A stretch of DNA of 63,107 nucleotides, counting the filler, from Craspedostauros australis (Eukaryota): assembly GCA_030167865.1 (NCBI GenBank). It is 9 parts of 9 records of this genome, joined end to end, with 100 filler letters (N's around TTAATTAATTAA, not from the genome) between each part and the next. Parts side by side here need not be neighbours in the genome. Positions count along the whole stretch, not along the records: positions 1 to 3,511 come from JALAGF010002189.1; positions 3,612 to 4,866 come from JALAGF010002190.1; positions 4,967 to 6,087 come from JALAGF010002191.1; positions 6,188 to 12,893 come from JALAGF010002192.1; 5 more parts are not named here. The stretch is one strand, 5' to 3'. Under the pieces are notes generated by a model. It did no database searches. It saw nothing but the letters and a program-made list of their open reading frames with translations, and had not been told where the DNA came from. Of this stretch, positions 1-11,500 are shown one piece after another. The position numbers and the translations under genes are program-made. Positions within the stretch are counted from its first letter, which is position 1; the number at the start of each line of letters is the position of its first letter.

Positions 1-1408
1 TGTTGATCAAGATGGCGACGGTGCTGGTGAATGTTTCGAACAGATCCGTAGTGTTGGTGCAAGCAGGATCTTCCTGGACTTGGACGACGCTCCCGATTTC
101 GAAAGTGGTTGGTCCCGGTCCTGGAGGTGGTGGGGGCTCCGAAAGACCGCGCAAGGCTCTCGTCTTCTCGAGTCCGGCTGCCGTGCTGGCGTCACGTTGC
201 AATGCCCGGGATCGCCTAACTTCTGCCATCTTCTGTTCCAACACGGTGATAAACTCATCCTTGAAGTCGCCCCGACGGGGACCACGGCAATCCTGGCATG
301 CGCTTTCGGCTTCTGTGCCAGCATCCTCTGGTGTCACTGTCTTGCTGAGCGATTCGAGGGTTGGGTCAGCGATTGTTGTAGGAGTGGATGGTTGCACTTC
401 GTCCGAGTTCTTCGTGGTCTTCACCGTGGCAGGTTCCAATGTGTGCTTCTTGAGCATACGGTGCGTCGCAAACGACAGACGTCCGCTTGAGTTCTTGTTG
501 GCATCAGATATTGGCGAATGAAGATCGAGATGGTCGGCTGTACGCTCAGCAGTTGCGCCTTTCTTCTGTGGCATGTCTTTCTTTGTAGGTGCGTCTCGTG
601 GTTCGGGGTGTTGTCCTGGATGAGCGATGGAAGGTTGGGCAGCACTGTCCGAGTTATCAGACAGGAGGACGCCACGGTCCTCGGCGGTGGCCAGGATATC
701 AGTCAAACGAAGTGTGGCGTCGCCATCATTATTGTTGTTCCCATCAGAGATATCAGCCAACCGCCGACGAGCGTCGTTGTCGCTGTTGTCGTTGGCATCG
801 ACGTCGAAGTCGATGTCCTCAAAGAAGAGCTCGGCGCGTTCGAGGCCATCGACATTGATGGTCTTGCAGCTGTTGCATTCCAGGAGCATCTCCAGAACCA
901 AAGTCATCTTTCGAGGCTTCTTCTGTTCCATCTTCTTCTCACCAGATGTCCCAGCAAAGCCTTTGACTTCTGTCGATACGTCGGCGACCCTGCAGTTCTT
1001 GACCAACCTCACAGATCCCTGCTGGGGACATGACGCCAAGTTGTTGTAGGCGATCTCAAAGGACTCCGACAGCATTTGCTTATCTTCGTCGCTCAAGTCT
1101 TCTGGGACACCTTTAAGACGAACGAACGCAGCCGTTTCGAAAACCTCAGGCGTCGCCTCGCAGATCACGGAGGTGTCCGTTTCGTTGTCTTCATCCAGCA
1201 CATCCCATGTGTCGCCTATGGGCTCTTCCACTGGGCCTTCGAGCACCTCCAGGGCATCCTCATCGAGGGAGGCGGACACGAAAGTAGTGCCACCCGTACC
1301 GTTGCCTGGCATAGATTGGCACAACAGGAGCAGGACCAAGACTATGGTGGTGACTACAAGTCTATGTTGCCAAAGGCCTCCTCGTTGTCGTTGGTATGTC
1401 ACCCTCAT
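1..1408 (-). CDS. Secreted/cell-surface protein with signal peptide, Cys-containing module and RXL motifs (3' end outside window)
   Basis: Manual translation from ATG 1408 gives 469 open codons to the window edge. It is absent from the ORF track because it has no stop. MRVTYQRQRGGLWQHRLVVTTIVLVLLLLCQS (hydrophobic signal); CEATPEVFETAAFV...FEIAYNNLASC...LECNSC...CQDCRGP; motifs ARRRLA, HRMLK, SRALQ, TRALR. Confidence 0.8.
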   Translation of the reverse strand, partial: MRVTYQRQRGGLWQHRLVVTTIVLVLLLLCQSMPGNGTGGTTFVSASLDEDALEVLEGPVEEPIGDTWDVLDEDNETDTSVICEATPEVFETAAFVRLKGVPEDLSDEDKQMLSESFEIAYNNLASCPQQGSVRLVKNCRVADVSTEVKGFAGTSGEKKMEQKKPRKMTLVLEMLLECNSCKTINVDGLERAELFFEDIDFDVDANDNSDNDARRRLADISDGNNNNDGDATLRLTDILATAEDRGVLLSDNSDSAAQPSIAHPGQHPEPRDAPTKKDMPQKKGATAERTADHLDLHSPISDANKNSSGRLSFATHRMLKKHTLEPATVKTTKNSDEVQPSTPTTIADPTLESLSKTVTPEDAGTEAESACQDCRGPRRGDFKDEFITVLEQKMAEVRRSRALQRDASTAAGLEKTRALRGLSEPPPPPGPGPTTFEIGSVVQVQEDPACTNTTDLFETFTSTVAILIN

Positions 1409-2706
1409 AGTTGCTGTAGGCTACTGATGGTTGCTGATGGTGAAATGTGTTGCGGTTGGTTGAGTGTTGTATTATGTGATTTGATGGTATTCGCAGAATG
1501 CAAGATGTGGCTACTTGTGGCGATTGCGTGTCGGCCACCTCTTTCTCTTTGAGTTCCTCGCTGTCTTGTTATTATGAGTTACTTGTGTTCGGATGGGGAG
1601 GTCCTTTGGGAGGTGCCGCCCTGTCTTCCTCGTCTTCTTTGCACCGCCTCACTTTTTGTTCATCGCAACAAGTATCAGCCCAAGCATGCATCATGGTGTG
1701 CACAGTATACATGAGATGGATTGCCTTCGCGATAGTGCCGACAACGAGAACGACGGCGACTTCACTCGTCTGCTCTCTCCAGACAAGCGACCCAGAGATC
1801 GTGCACAAGTGTTCGTGGAGGGATACGGAAACCGGGAGCGGGGCTGTTGCATGGTGGTAGAGCAGAACAAGAAGCAAGAAAGACGACAGCCCATGAATCG
1901 GTACTTTCGAGTATGCTCCGATACCCAAAGCAGACAAACGCCCCGTTTTTTCTGTTGTCTTGTCCCTCTTGTTGCGCTCGCACAAACTCTCTACGGCAAC
2001 TCTTGACGAGAAAAGGTGACATTTGCAGAGTGTGCCACTTTTTGCGATGCGGCCCAAGCAGACTCGGAGGGTATCAAAGCCAGCCGACCTCAACGTTTCG
2101 TCTCAGAGAAGGCGACTGAGCATTCGCGTCAAAGGTGTTGCAGAGATAAAAAAGTGGGCTCAAATGTTTCAGCACAGCTAAGAAAAGGTGACACACGCAG
2201 GCAACTTGATCGTGCAGCGAATACATCGAATCACGAAGACATCGGTCTTGGGCAATACCAATACATCACGAATCGTGCATTCTCCGATCACGAGAGGGGC
2301 GAATGGAGCGGGGACGTCTTGGATGCGGGTGCAACTTGGAGAGCTCTTGCCCACAAACTGGGACGAAACGGATGGACGTCGAGCGCGCGTGGTCCGAGCA
2401 CAGCATCGAACTCTCTCTTCCGTACAACAACTCTTGTGCAATCGCGTGTGCAGGTGTGAAGGTTGATGTGGTCTCTGCCATGCTCATCCTCGCACGAGCG
2501 GGAACCGCACCAGCAAGGAGAATGTGCGAGATTGTGGATGAGCGTCTTATCTGGCGATGTTGGACCGACGCAACCTCCTCGGTCCAATGTCTTTGATGTC
2601 GCTTTTTGTGCCCTTCGGCGTCAAGAGCGGTGAACATTGGGCATGATCTGCCTCGTGCACGTATCTCTCATGCTCGCATGTAACTCCAGAGATCCCAAGG
2701 GAGTTG

Positions 2707-2726
2707 CTCTCTCTCTCTCTCTCTCT
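2707..2726. repeat. (CT)10 microsatellite
   Basis: Directly visible CT dinucleotide run. Confidence 0.9.
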
Positions 2727-3511
2727 GTCTGTCTACAGGTGACTCCAGGTCGCACCACGAGGCCCCCACGTCACCTCTGATTGCGATTTGTTTGGGAAGT
2801 GAGGGGGAATGCAACTCGGAGAAGTGATCATCCCACAGGGGCAGACGCACCATTCCACGCAAACCTTGCAGCGCGCCTCCAGGGTCGCGACTGATCATTG
2901 AACAACTGTCCTGTAGTCGTGCAGAGCAGATCGTTCTTTGCACCACGCCAAGCAAGCTTGAACCTGTCCTGACATCACGATGAACTCGTGCGTCGGCACT
3001 CTTTCTCAGTTCTTTCCATGTCTATCTCCACAGAATAAGTATTCGCAGAACAGAGGAGACAAGAACAGAAACAGAGGAGATAGTGCGTGTCTGTGGAAGT
3101 CCGCGCGTCAGCAGTCTTGGATCAGCATGATCTTGTGCGGCCGATGGCGTGTCGCGTCTCGAATGTGCGATTGACAATGGGAAGCCTCACGAACCTGTCT
3201 CGAGAGTATCCTTTCTTGACAACAACACATGCTTCGATAGGACGGTACAGCAACAGTAGTACCCTCGAAAGCACTCGGCTCTGTTCTGCCATTCACTATG
3301 ACTCCACTCTCCAGTTTCAAAAGTATACATTGTTATTGTGCATGTAATTGTGTGTAGAATAGGCAGGCCATGCCATTGTCTAGTATGCTCTCCGCGTGTT
3401 CAATGTGTGAATGGACGATTCAACTCACTGCAGGGCTCACTGTTGACCGTTGACCAGGTCCCGCCACTCCTCCCTGTTCAGTCGATCCAGCTTGTTAATC
3501 TCATGCTTCAG

Positions 3512-3611
3512 NNNNNNNNNNNNNNNNNNNNNNNNNNNNNNNNNNNNNNNNNNNNTTAATTAATTAANNNNNNNNNNNNNNNNNNNNNNNNNNNNNNNNN
3601 NNNNNNNNNNN
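3512..3611. other. Assembly gap with artificial TTAATTAATTAA linker (also at 4867-4966, 6088-6187, 12894-12993, 17234-17333, 48637-48736, 55975-56074, 61604-61703; plain N gap 17538-17667)
   Basis: About 100-nt N blocks with a central six-frame-stop linker repeated at each gap. Confidence 0.95.
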
Positions 3612-4866
3612 GCAGAATGGTCGCGTGGAACGGAAGTTCGCTGTGCTATACGGAAAGGTCAGGGCGATGCTCAATCAGACCCACCTACCAAAGCACCTAC
3701 AAGGAAAGCTATGGGCTGAAGCAGTAAGAACAGCAACGCAACTTGAGAACATTATTGGAACGAAGTCGAGAGAACCGGCTTGCGTACTATTCAATGGGCA
3801 GACACCCACATACGTGGACGGACTGCGTTTGTTTGACGAGATTGGCATGGTGTTCATTGGAGGCCGAGTGATCAAGACGAAGCTGGACGATCGGTCCAAA
3901 CCTGCTATGTTCGTCGGATACGGACAGTCACATGCGAGAGGTGTATACCGAATGATGAACCTCGCAACGGCAAGGATCCTAATCACGCGAGATGTGACAT
4001 GGATGAACCAGTCGTATGGGCAATTCAAGGGTGTTGAGAATGCCAACAGGTCGGTGATATATGATCTGGATGACGACGACTCTGAGACTGGAGATGCAAT
4101 CCAGAGAAAGAGAGTGACTTGGGGGCGAAGCTCGAATATCGCGAGGAACGCGAAGATCGGCGTAGCAGAGAGGAGCGGAAGAGCCGGACACACAAAAGAA
4201 AACACAGATGACACCGCTCACGAGCAAGATGATTTGCTACCTGCCCAAGGGGAAGAACCATCGGACAATGATGAAGACGATGAATCCAGAAGGGACAACG
4301 ACCGTGCGGGGCGGATCGATTCGGCTATTGAGCAATCGACTGCACGTATTCCCGTGAGACCATTGGCGCGCGTACCGAGGATGGTGAGTAGCCTGGCCGG
4401 CTACAACAACTCACCGATTCCCCAAGAGGAGAGGGAACGAGAATCAGAATCAGATTCGGAATCGGAGGCAGACGAAGCATCAGCATCAGGAGATGAGGAT
4501 GGCTATGANACTGCNCAGGAGACGATGATAGTCCCCGCGGCTACTGGAGGACCCAACTTCCACACAGATGGGTCGATGTTCAACAGAGACGTCGCCAGCA
4601 TGATGATCGATACTACCCAAGGGAGGATGAGACTTATCGACTTCATCGCTGCGAGTCAAGATGTTGAGAACGAACGGAATGGTGAATGGTCCGAACAAGC
4701 CAACACGGCTGTGATGTTGGATCCAACGACGTTCGAGGAGTGCTGGGATCATGCTGATCCCAAGAAGAGAGAGAAGTGGCGTGGGGCTATCAACAAGGAG
4801 TTTACCGACATGGCCAGAAGAGGAGTATGGCAGAAGATCAAAAAGAGCGAGATGCCAGACGACCGA
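3612..4866 (+). mobile_element. Ty1/copia pol fragment (integrase C-terminus, linker, start of RT), bounded by gaps
   Basis: QNGRVERKF...KLWAEAVRTA...KLDDRSKPAMFVGYG...ITRDVTW (copia integrase core end and GKGY-type region), then PTTFEECW...KWRGAINKEF...RRGVW (pre-RT). The integrase-before-RT order is that of copia. Confidence 0.9.
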
Positions 4867-5120
4867 NNNNNNNNNNNNNNNNNNNNNNNNNNNNNNNNNN
4901 NNNNNNNNNNTTAATTAATTAANNNNNNNNNNNNNNNNNNNNNNNNNNNNNNNNNNNNNNNNNNNNCCAGAAATCTTGCCCCTTTTCGTGTGTTCCATTT
5001 CCCCTGTAATTCTGACGAATCACAGTATACTATCGACACGAGTATAGTTACACCGTCCAAGTGTGTATGAGAGAATAGCGGGTGAACGATGCACATATAC
5101 ACGTACATCTTGACATATAC

Positions 5121-5738
5121 TCACATGTACATCTCGACATGCTCGTACGTGAATACGGGGAGACACATGAGCATTTTCTTAAGGTCATCCTTCATCACGT
5201 AGAGAGGACGTCGGTACTGTTCACTGGAGAGGAGCTTACCACCTGCCTGGAGGAAGGCGTCAAGGATGTTGTGGAGGAGATGAAAGTCGAAGCGACCGGC
5301 GTCATTGAGACGTTTGCAGAGCAAGTGGAGGTGGACTGCCATGGCTCCAATGTTTTTGTTGGGGAAGTCTTGGCAACGAACGTCGCGGATCGTGGCTGTG
5401 AGCGCGCCTTGCTCATCCAGGGAGTTGGCAGTGATGCTGTTCATGAACTTGATGAAGAGGTTGATGAAGTTATTGTGGAACTTTGGCTCGATTCGATTCA
5501 TGAGCTGGTCTTCGAGCCTTGGATCGAAACAGTCTTGGAAGAACGCTGCGGCCGTCCAGTTGTTCTGGAGGTCGTAGTAGTCCCACTTTAGGCTGCACTC
5601 GTCGTAGTGCTTCGTGGCATCTTCAAGAGTGAAGGAGGAAGGGGCGTCGAGGACACAGGCCATCTTGGATGTTGAGGTATCATCAGCGATGTGCACCATG
5701 GTGAGAAGCCCAGTCTTGGTCATGTGGTTTGTTGGCAA
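5121..5738 (-). pseudogene. Truncated/degenerate gag of a diatom copia-type element
   Basis: WDYYDLQNNWTAAAFF...QDFPNKNIGAM...LNDAGRFDFHLLHNILDAFLQAG resembles diatom copia gag. There is no N-terminal part, the frame stops early, and a candidate LTR lies just upstream. Confidence 0.55.
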
Positions 5739-5876
5739 GTTCCGCTCACGGTAACCTACGATCGTGGAAGATGGTGTTGGTTGATAGTCGTCTGTTTACT
5801 ATTTCATTACGTTGGCACTCCAATACTCTCGGTGTCCGTTAGTTCTCTTGCCCGATGCTCTCGGCGCTTCAATCTG

Positions 5877-6087
5877 TGTCGTAGATTCAGTCTCCGACTA
5901 TGAGTCGGTACGCGAGATCCTCTCTCGCTCCTCTCTGTATTCTCTCTCTCTCTCTCTCTCAACATCGTGTGCTCATGCTACACGATACTCCGTGTTCGAT
6001 GCATACTCTGCATTCGACACTCTGTTCATTCAGTACTGGCTTCTACTCCATGAGTACTTACCATTTGAAGTTCACCTTCAGTATCCA
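5877..6087 (-). repeat. Candidate 5' LTR of the degenerate gag-bearing element
   Basis: On the minus strand it runs TGGATACTGAAGG...TCTACGACA (ending in CA), followed by a short leader and the gag remnant. It contains a (CT)n tract. There is no second copy in the window. Confidence 0.35.
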
Positions 6088-6413
6088 NNNNNNNNNNNNN
6101 NNNNNNNNNNNNNNNNNNNNNNNNNNNNNNNTTAATTAATTAANNNNNNNNNNNNNNNNNNNNNNNNNNNNNNNNNNNNNNNNNNNNTGTGGATTCGACA
6201 GTCGAGTTGGTGAGAGTGGATATGAATTCGACAGTCCAGTTGGTGTGGCTGGGTGCGACTGGGTGTGGATTTATTAGCGCACGCTAAATCTCTAACAATA
6301 GCGACACCCGTCGACCAATCAGAAATCTCCACTTTTCTTACCTTTTCCGTTCCGAACGGAAATTTTGGTCGAAAATCCGTTGTGTCAGATTTGTGTCGCA
6401 TTTCGCGTCGCAA

Positions 6414-6588
6414 CAAACCAGGATATGTATGAAACCGTTGAAACGGCGTTACACGATAGCCGCCACTACCAATCATGGACGACACAGCAATGAGACAACA
6501 ACATGGACGCATACGACATCGATGAGACTCATAATCTGCATCTTTACTCTTTTTCACTCTAAATCAGTTTCACGTGTGTCGTAACTTG
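6414..6588 (+). repeat. 5' LTR
   Basis: CAAACCAGGATATG...GTGTCGTAACTTG, identical by eye to 12635-12809. Confidence 0.95.
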
Positions 6589-7066
6589 GTTTATCATTCT
6601 CATCCGCTCATGCGGGCATGTGCGAGCGTGTAGGGACCGCCTGAAGAGGCGACGATAATACTGGGACCCCGCTCCGAGGGTGGACCGTCACCAAGCCGGC
6701 ACTGCTTGTGCTGTGCTGCATCCTCTTTGACCATGGTGTGCTGATGCAGAGTGACCGGCATCAGCGGGATGCAATCTCACCGTTCGCGTTGCGAGGTGTT
6801 GATGACACTGGTGGACGCACCGACCGTGGGTCACACGGAAATCCCTACTGAGACACACGCTGTCATCAGCGTAAAGATCGTGTGCCTTATTGCCCGGTCT
6901 GTGCTTCTCATCGCGGATCCACACCACGAAAACACACGTTGAAACGCTTTTTCACGTCGAAAACACACCATGTCCCAGTGTGATTTTCTTGACAACACAA
7001 TCTCCCTCTCCCTTCACTACTTCTCTCTCATCCTCATCAACCACATCATACACGAACATCAACAAC

Positions 7067-8560
7067 ATGGCAGCCGCTGCAAACCCCAACGTCAACGAGA
7101 TACGTGACTATTGCAAGAACATACTCAGCTTCCCCGATGATGACATCGTCGATGCTTTGGAGGATCAAGGTTTGACCAAATTCGACGATTTTCTCTCCAT
7201 CACCGACGAAGGCGTTACTGCCCTGTGCAAGCGCATCTGTGACGGTAGCGGATTTATCGAAAATCCTGCATACAAGGCGGGAGCCAAGGGCAACACACCA
7301 CCGCAAATCAAGGATCCAGGCATCAGCGTTGGTTGGGTTCATGAAACGAAACTGCGCCAACTTCGCTATGCACGATTCCACTTTCAACGCATTCAACGTC
7401 CTTTCACGGCGGCAGAGGCACCCATGGATCGCCTCGTTGCGCTATGGGAACTCTTCCTTGAGGAACAACGCATCAAGAAGGAAACCGAGATGGACATGCC
7501 AGAACGGCTGGTCAAAGTGGACCGTGTCCGTGACAGCCTCGAAGACATTCAGAACTACTTGGAGAACACACATGGTGCACTCGACACTCCACTTTCCTAT
7601 GTGATCCGTGAGGATGCACGTAAACCCGAAGACCGCACACCGGCCATCAACGACGGATTTGGTGTACCCACCATGAAGGAGGAGCTCATTGACCGAGCCA
7701 TTCATGAAGGCATCCGCTACGACGCTGACAATGCCAAAGTGTGGCAGGTGGTTCGTCATGTCACTCACGGCGGACCTGCATGGGCTTGGGTCCAAGGCTT
7801 CGAGCGCGCACGCAATGGTCGTGCCGCATTCATTGCTCTCAAGGAACACTATCACGGCGACTCCTTTCAGGCGCGCACCAAGGCAGCAGCATCCAAGACG
7901 ATTGCAACCAGCTTCTATGACGGCAAGTCACGTCAGTTTTCATTCGAACGATACGCACAGATCATGAAAGGCGCGTTCGAGGACATGGCACGATGCGGTG
8001 AACCGTTGGTGAACGCGGCGAAAGTGCGCCACTTCCTCGATGGTATCCATGATTCTCGTCTCGACAGCGCATGCGTTGCTATCAAGATCAATGAAGCTCT
8101 TCGTGAAGACTTGCCCGGGGCCATCAATGTCCTGAGCGAAGTCATTGATCACAAACAAATCGCATCACCCAGACGCTCCATTGGCTCGATGGACCGCAGT
8201 AAAGGTGGTCGTGGCAACCGGAATGGAACACCAAGCAAGGGTGGTCGCGGAGGTCAAGGCAAACCCAAGAAGTATGATCCAAACATGGTCATCACTGATC
8301 GCCACTACTCACCCGACGAGTGGTCGGTCATGTCATCCGCACAGAAGACCAAGGCACTTGAGATGCGTGCTGAACGAGACAAGCGCCGTGGGGTCATGTC
8401 GGTGGGCAGGAGCACGCCATCCAAACGTCCTCATGAAGAGACCGATGGGCACTATGGGCCACGCGATGCGGCTAATCAAGGCGGTAATCCATCTGGCACC
8501 AACAATCAGGCTGGAATCGGCAGTATGGCCACCCGCCGCAACCAGCAAGGACGTTCCTGA
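7067..8560 (+). CDS. gag: Gag (497 aa)
   Basis: MAAAANPN...GALDTPLSYVIRE...YDADNAKVWQ...RNGRAAFIALKEHYHG...YDGKSRQFSFERY...KVRHFLDGI; basic Gly/Arg-rich tail; no CCHC knuckle. Confidence 0.9.
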   Translation: MAAAANPNVNEIRDYCKNILSFPDDDIVDALEDQGLTKFDDFLSITDEGVTALCKRICDGSGFIENPAYKAGAKGNTPPQIKDPGISVGWVHETKLRQLRYARFHFQRIQRPFTAAEAPMDRLVALWELFLEEQRIKKETEMDMPERLVKVDRVRDSLEDIQNYLENTHGALDTPLSYVIREDARKPEDRTPAINDGFGVPTMKEELIDRAIHEGIRYDADNAKVWQVVRHVTHGGPAWAWVQGFERARNGRAAFIALKEHYHGDSFQARTKAAASKTIATSFYDGKSRQFSFERYAQIMKGAFEDMARCGEPLVNAAKVRHFLDGIHDSRLDSACVAIKINEALREDLPGAINVLSEVIDHKQIASPRRSIGSMDRSKGGRGNRNGTPSKGGRGGQGKPKKYDPNMVITDRHYSPDEWSVMSSAQKTKALEMRAERDKRRGVMSVGRSTPSKRPHEETDGHYGPRDAANQGGNPSGTNNQAGIGSMATRRNQQGRS

Positions 8561-11500
8561 CCACAAAGTCGCATTCGACGGCTCACATCCGTCGGCGTGT
8601 CTATGTCAACTGATACCCCACGGGCAGAGCTGGACTCACATGCGGATACATGCTGTTTTGGTGACACTGCGTACATTGTGCATCAGACCGACCAAACCGT
8701 CACTGCAACTCCCTTTATTGACTCACTTGGGTCCATCGATAATGCACCAATCGTCACAGCTGCGATAGCATACGATGATCCAATTACATATCAAACATTC
8801 ATTCTTTTCTTTCCACAATCGATCTACTTTCCTCGTCTTGAACATCCTTTATTGTGCCCAAACCAAATGAGGGCTGCGGGTATAGTCGTGAATGATGTTC
8901 CTCTGCTCATGATCAAGGAGCACGAACGGAAGCCGGAAGACCACTCTGTGGTCTCATCCGACGACGACCTACACATCCCTCTACGATTGCAAGGCACTGT
9001 ATCCTACTTCCACATGAGAAAGCCAACACAACAAGAAGTCCAGTCCGATCGTGACTGTATACACATCATGATGACGCAAGAGGCCACATGGGACCCCTCC
9101 CAGTGGTCGTCAGGGGACGACGAAGACGCCATCCGTGCGTCTCTCTCATCACAACGAACCATATCGTCCATCAACATCCGTGGCACACACACGTCCAATC
9201 GAAAGGGGACTATCACGCCTGACGTCCTCGCACAACGCTGGCGCATTGGAACGGAAGCCGCATCACGTACCCTTGACGCAACAACACAGTTGGCCATTCG
9301 CGACTTTCGTCACTCATCAGGAACACGTCGCCTCAATCCATACGCCATGCAACTACGATACCGTCGACTCAACACCCAACTCTATGCCGACACCATGCAC
9401 GCAAAGACCAAGTCGATTCGTGGCAACAAATGCGCCATGATCTATTGCACACCGTTTCACTGGGTCCGGGTGTACCCAATGGCGGAACGCAAGGAAGCAC
9501 ATCGCACACTCGACGAACTGTTCCGTGACCACGGCATCCCACATACCATCATCCCAGACAACGCCAAAGAGCTCGTAGCCGGCGAATTCCGTCGCAAGCT
9601 ACACAAAGCACAAGTATCCATCCGACCAATCGAAGCATATATCCACAATCAGAACAAAGCAGAAGCAACCATCCGTGAGCTTCGACGCCATTATCGACGG
9701 CTGATGACCTCGACCGATACACCAGAATACTTGTGGGACTACTGCTTCGAGTACTGTGCCGAGATTCGCAGTCACACTGCACTCGCCATCCATGATCTTC
9801 ACGGCGAGACACCGGCCACCATCTTGTCCGGTGACACTGCTGACATCTCTCACATTGCTGAATTTGGTTGGTTTGACTTTGTGTGGTATATCAACATCCA
9901 GGATGCATCCATGAATGTCAAGCAACTTGGTCGATACCTTGGGCCAAGTCGCTCTGTTGGTGATGCAATGTGCTCGTACATCCTCACTGCCAACGGCATT
10001 GTTGTCTCCAAATCATCTGTTTTGCCTCTTTCTCACGACGATACACACAGCGACGTCATCACACATAAATGCAATGAATTCATGGACACACTTCGATCCA
10101 AATGGAAGCAACGAATGGAAGGCATCACAATCGACGACGACGGCGACGACGTTGACGATACTGCAGCAGACATCGCCATCCTGCAGAATACTGAACCACT
10201 GGAACCAATCGTGGAGCCAGACGATGTCGACAGTGCAACCTTCGACAAATACATCGCAACCAAAGTCATTCTACCGACAGGGGACGAAATGCAACATGGA
10301 ACAGTCAAACAACGCAAACGAGACACAGAAGGCAACCTCATCGGCCGCTCTCATCCGAATCCTATGCTTGACACCGCCCAATACGAAGTCGAATTCCTTG
10401 ACGGACATCACGAGGTGTTCAGCGCCAACCAAATTGCGGAGAACATCTACGCGCGCATCGATGACGACGTATACACGACTGTGCTGATGGACGAAATCAT
10501 CGATCACAAACGCTTGCCCTCTGTTTCTTCTCCTTCTCCTCATTCTAAATCCACAAAAGGCTGGAAGCTCTGCATCCGATGGAAGGATGGGTCCACATCA
10601 TGGATTCACCTACGCGACGCAAAAGAAGCCGACCCAGTACGCGTTGCCGAATACGCTGCAGACAATAAACTCATCAACGAACCTGCATTCAAGTGGTGGG
10701 TACCACACACCCTACGCAAACGACAACGCATCATCATGGCAACGAAGCGGCGACACGTCCGAAAGAACGAGATGTTTGGTGTGGAGCTCCCTACATCAGT
10801 GCGCCACGCACTCGCAATCGACGCGGCTACAGGCACGGATCTATGGCGACAGGCCATCGCGAAAGAAATGAAGGCCGTGCGACCAGCATTCGACATCAAG
10901 GAACTGGATACTCCCGATCCTGTGGGCTACCAATACATGGAATGCCACATGATATTCGCCGTCAAGGTGGACCTCACAAGAAAAGCGCGACTTGTCGCTG
11001 GGGGACACATGACGGAGACACCTGCAACGATCACATACGCGAGTGTGGTGTCACGCGAAAGCGTACGCATTGCGTTCTTAATCGCCGCACTCAACGATCT
11101 GGATATCCTCGCCGCGGATGTTCAGAACGCATACCTTAATGCACCATGTCGAGAACGCATTTACACACGATGTGGTCCGGAGTTCGGATCCGATCAGGGG
11201 AAGATTGCAATCATTTGTCGGGCCCTATACGGATTGAAGTCGAGTGGAGCAGCATGGAGAGCACACTTGGCAGAGACACTGCGCGATTCGTTGGGATTCA
11301 CATCCTGCCGTGCCGACAGCGATGTCTGGATGAAGCCTGCAGTTGCGAGCGATGGGTCAGAATATTACGAATACGTGCTCGTGTACACCGACGATATCCT
11401 TGCTGTATCCAAACAACCGCGACGCATCCTTGATGCGATTGACTCACACTTTTTCCTCAAACCGAGTTCCATTGGCCCTCCAACAACATATCTTGGATCC

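Noticed and set aside
3172..3329. Possible solo LTR (TG...CA, loosely like 5877-6087)
   Set aside because: No target duplication and only weak resemblance.
3512..3611. Recurrent TTAATTAATTAA motif
   Set aside because: It is always centred in N blocks: a scaffolding linker with stops in all six frames, not biology.
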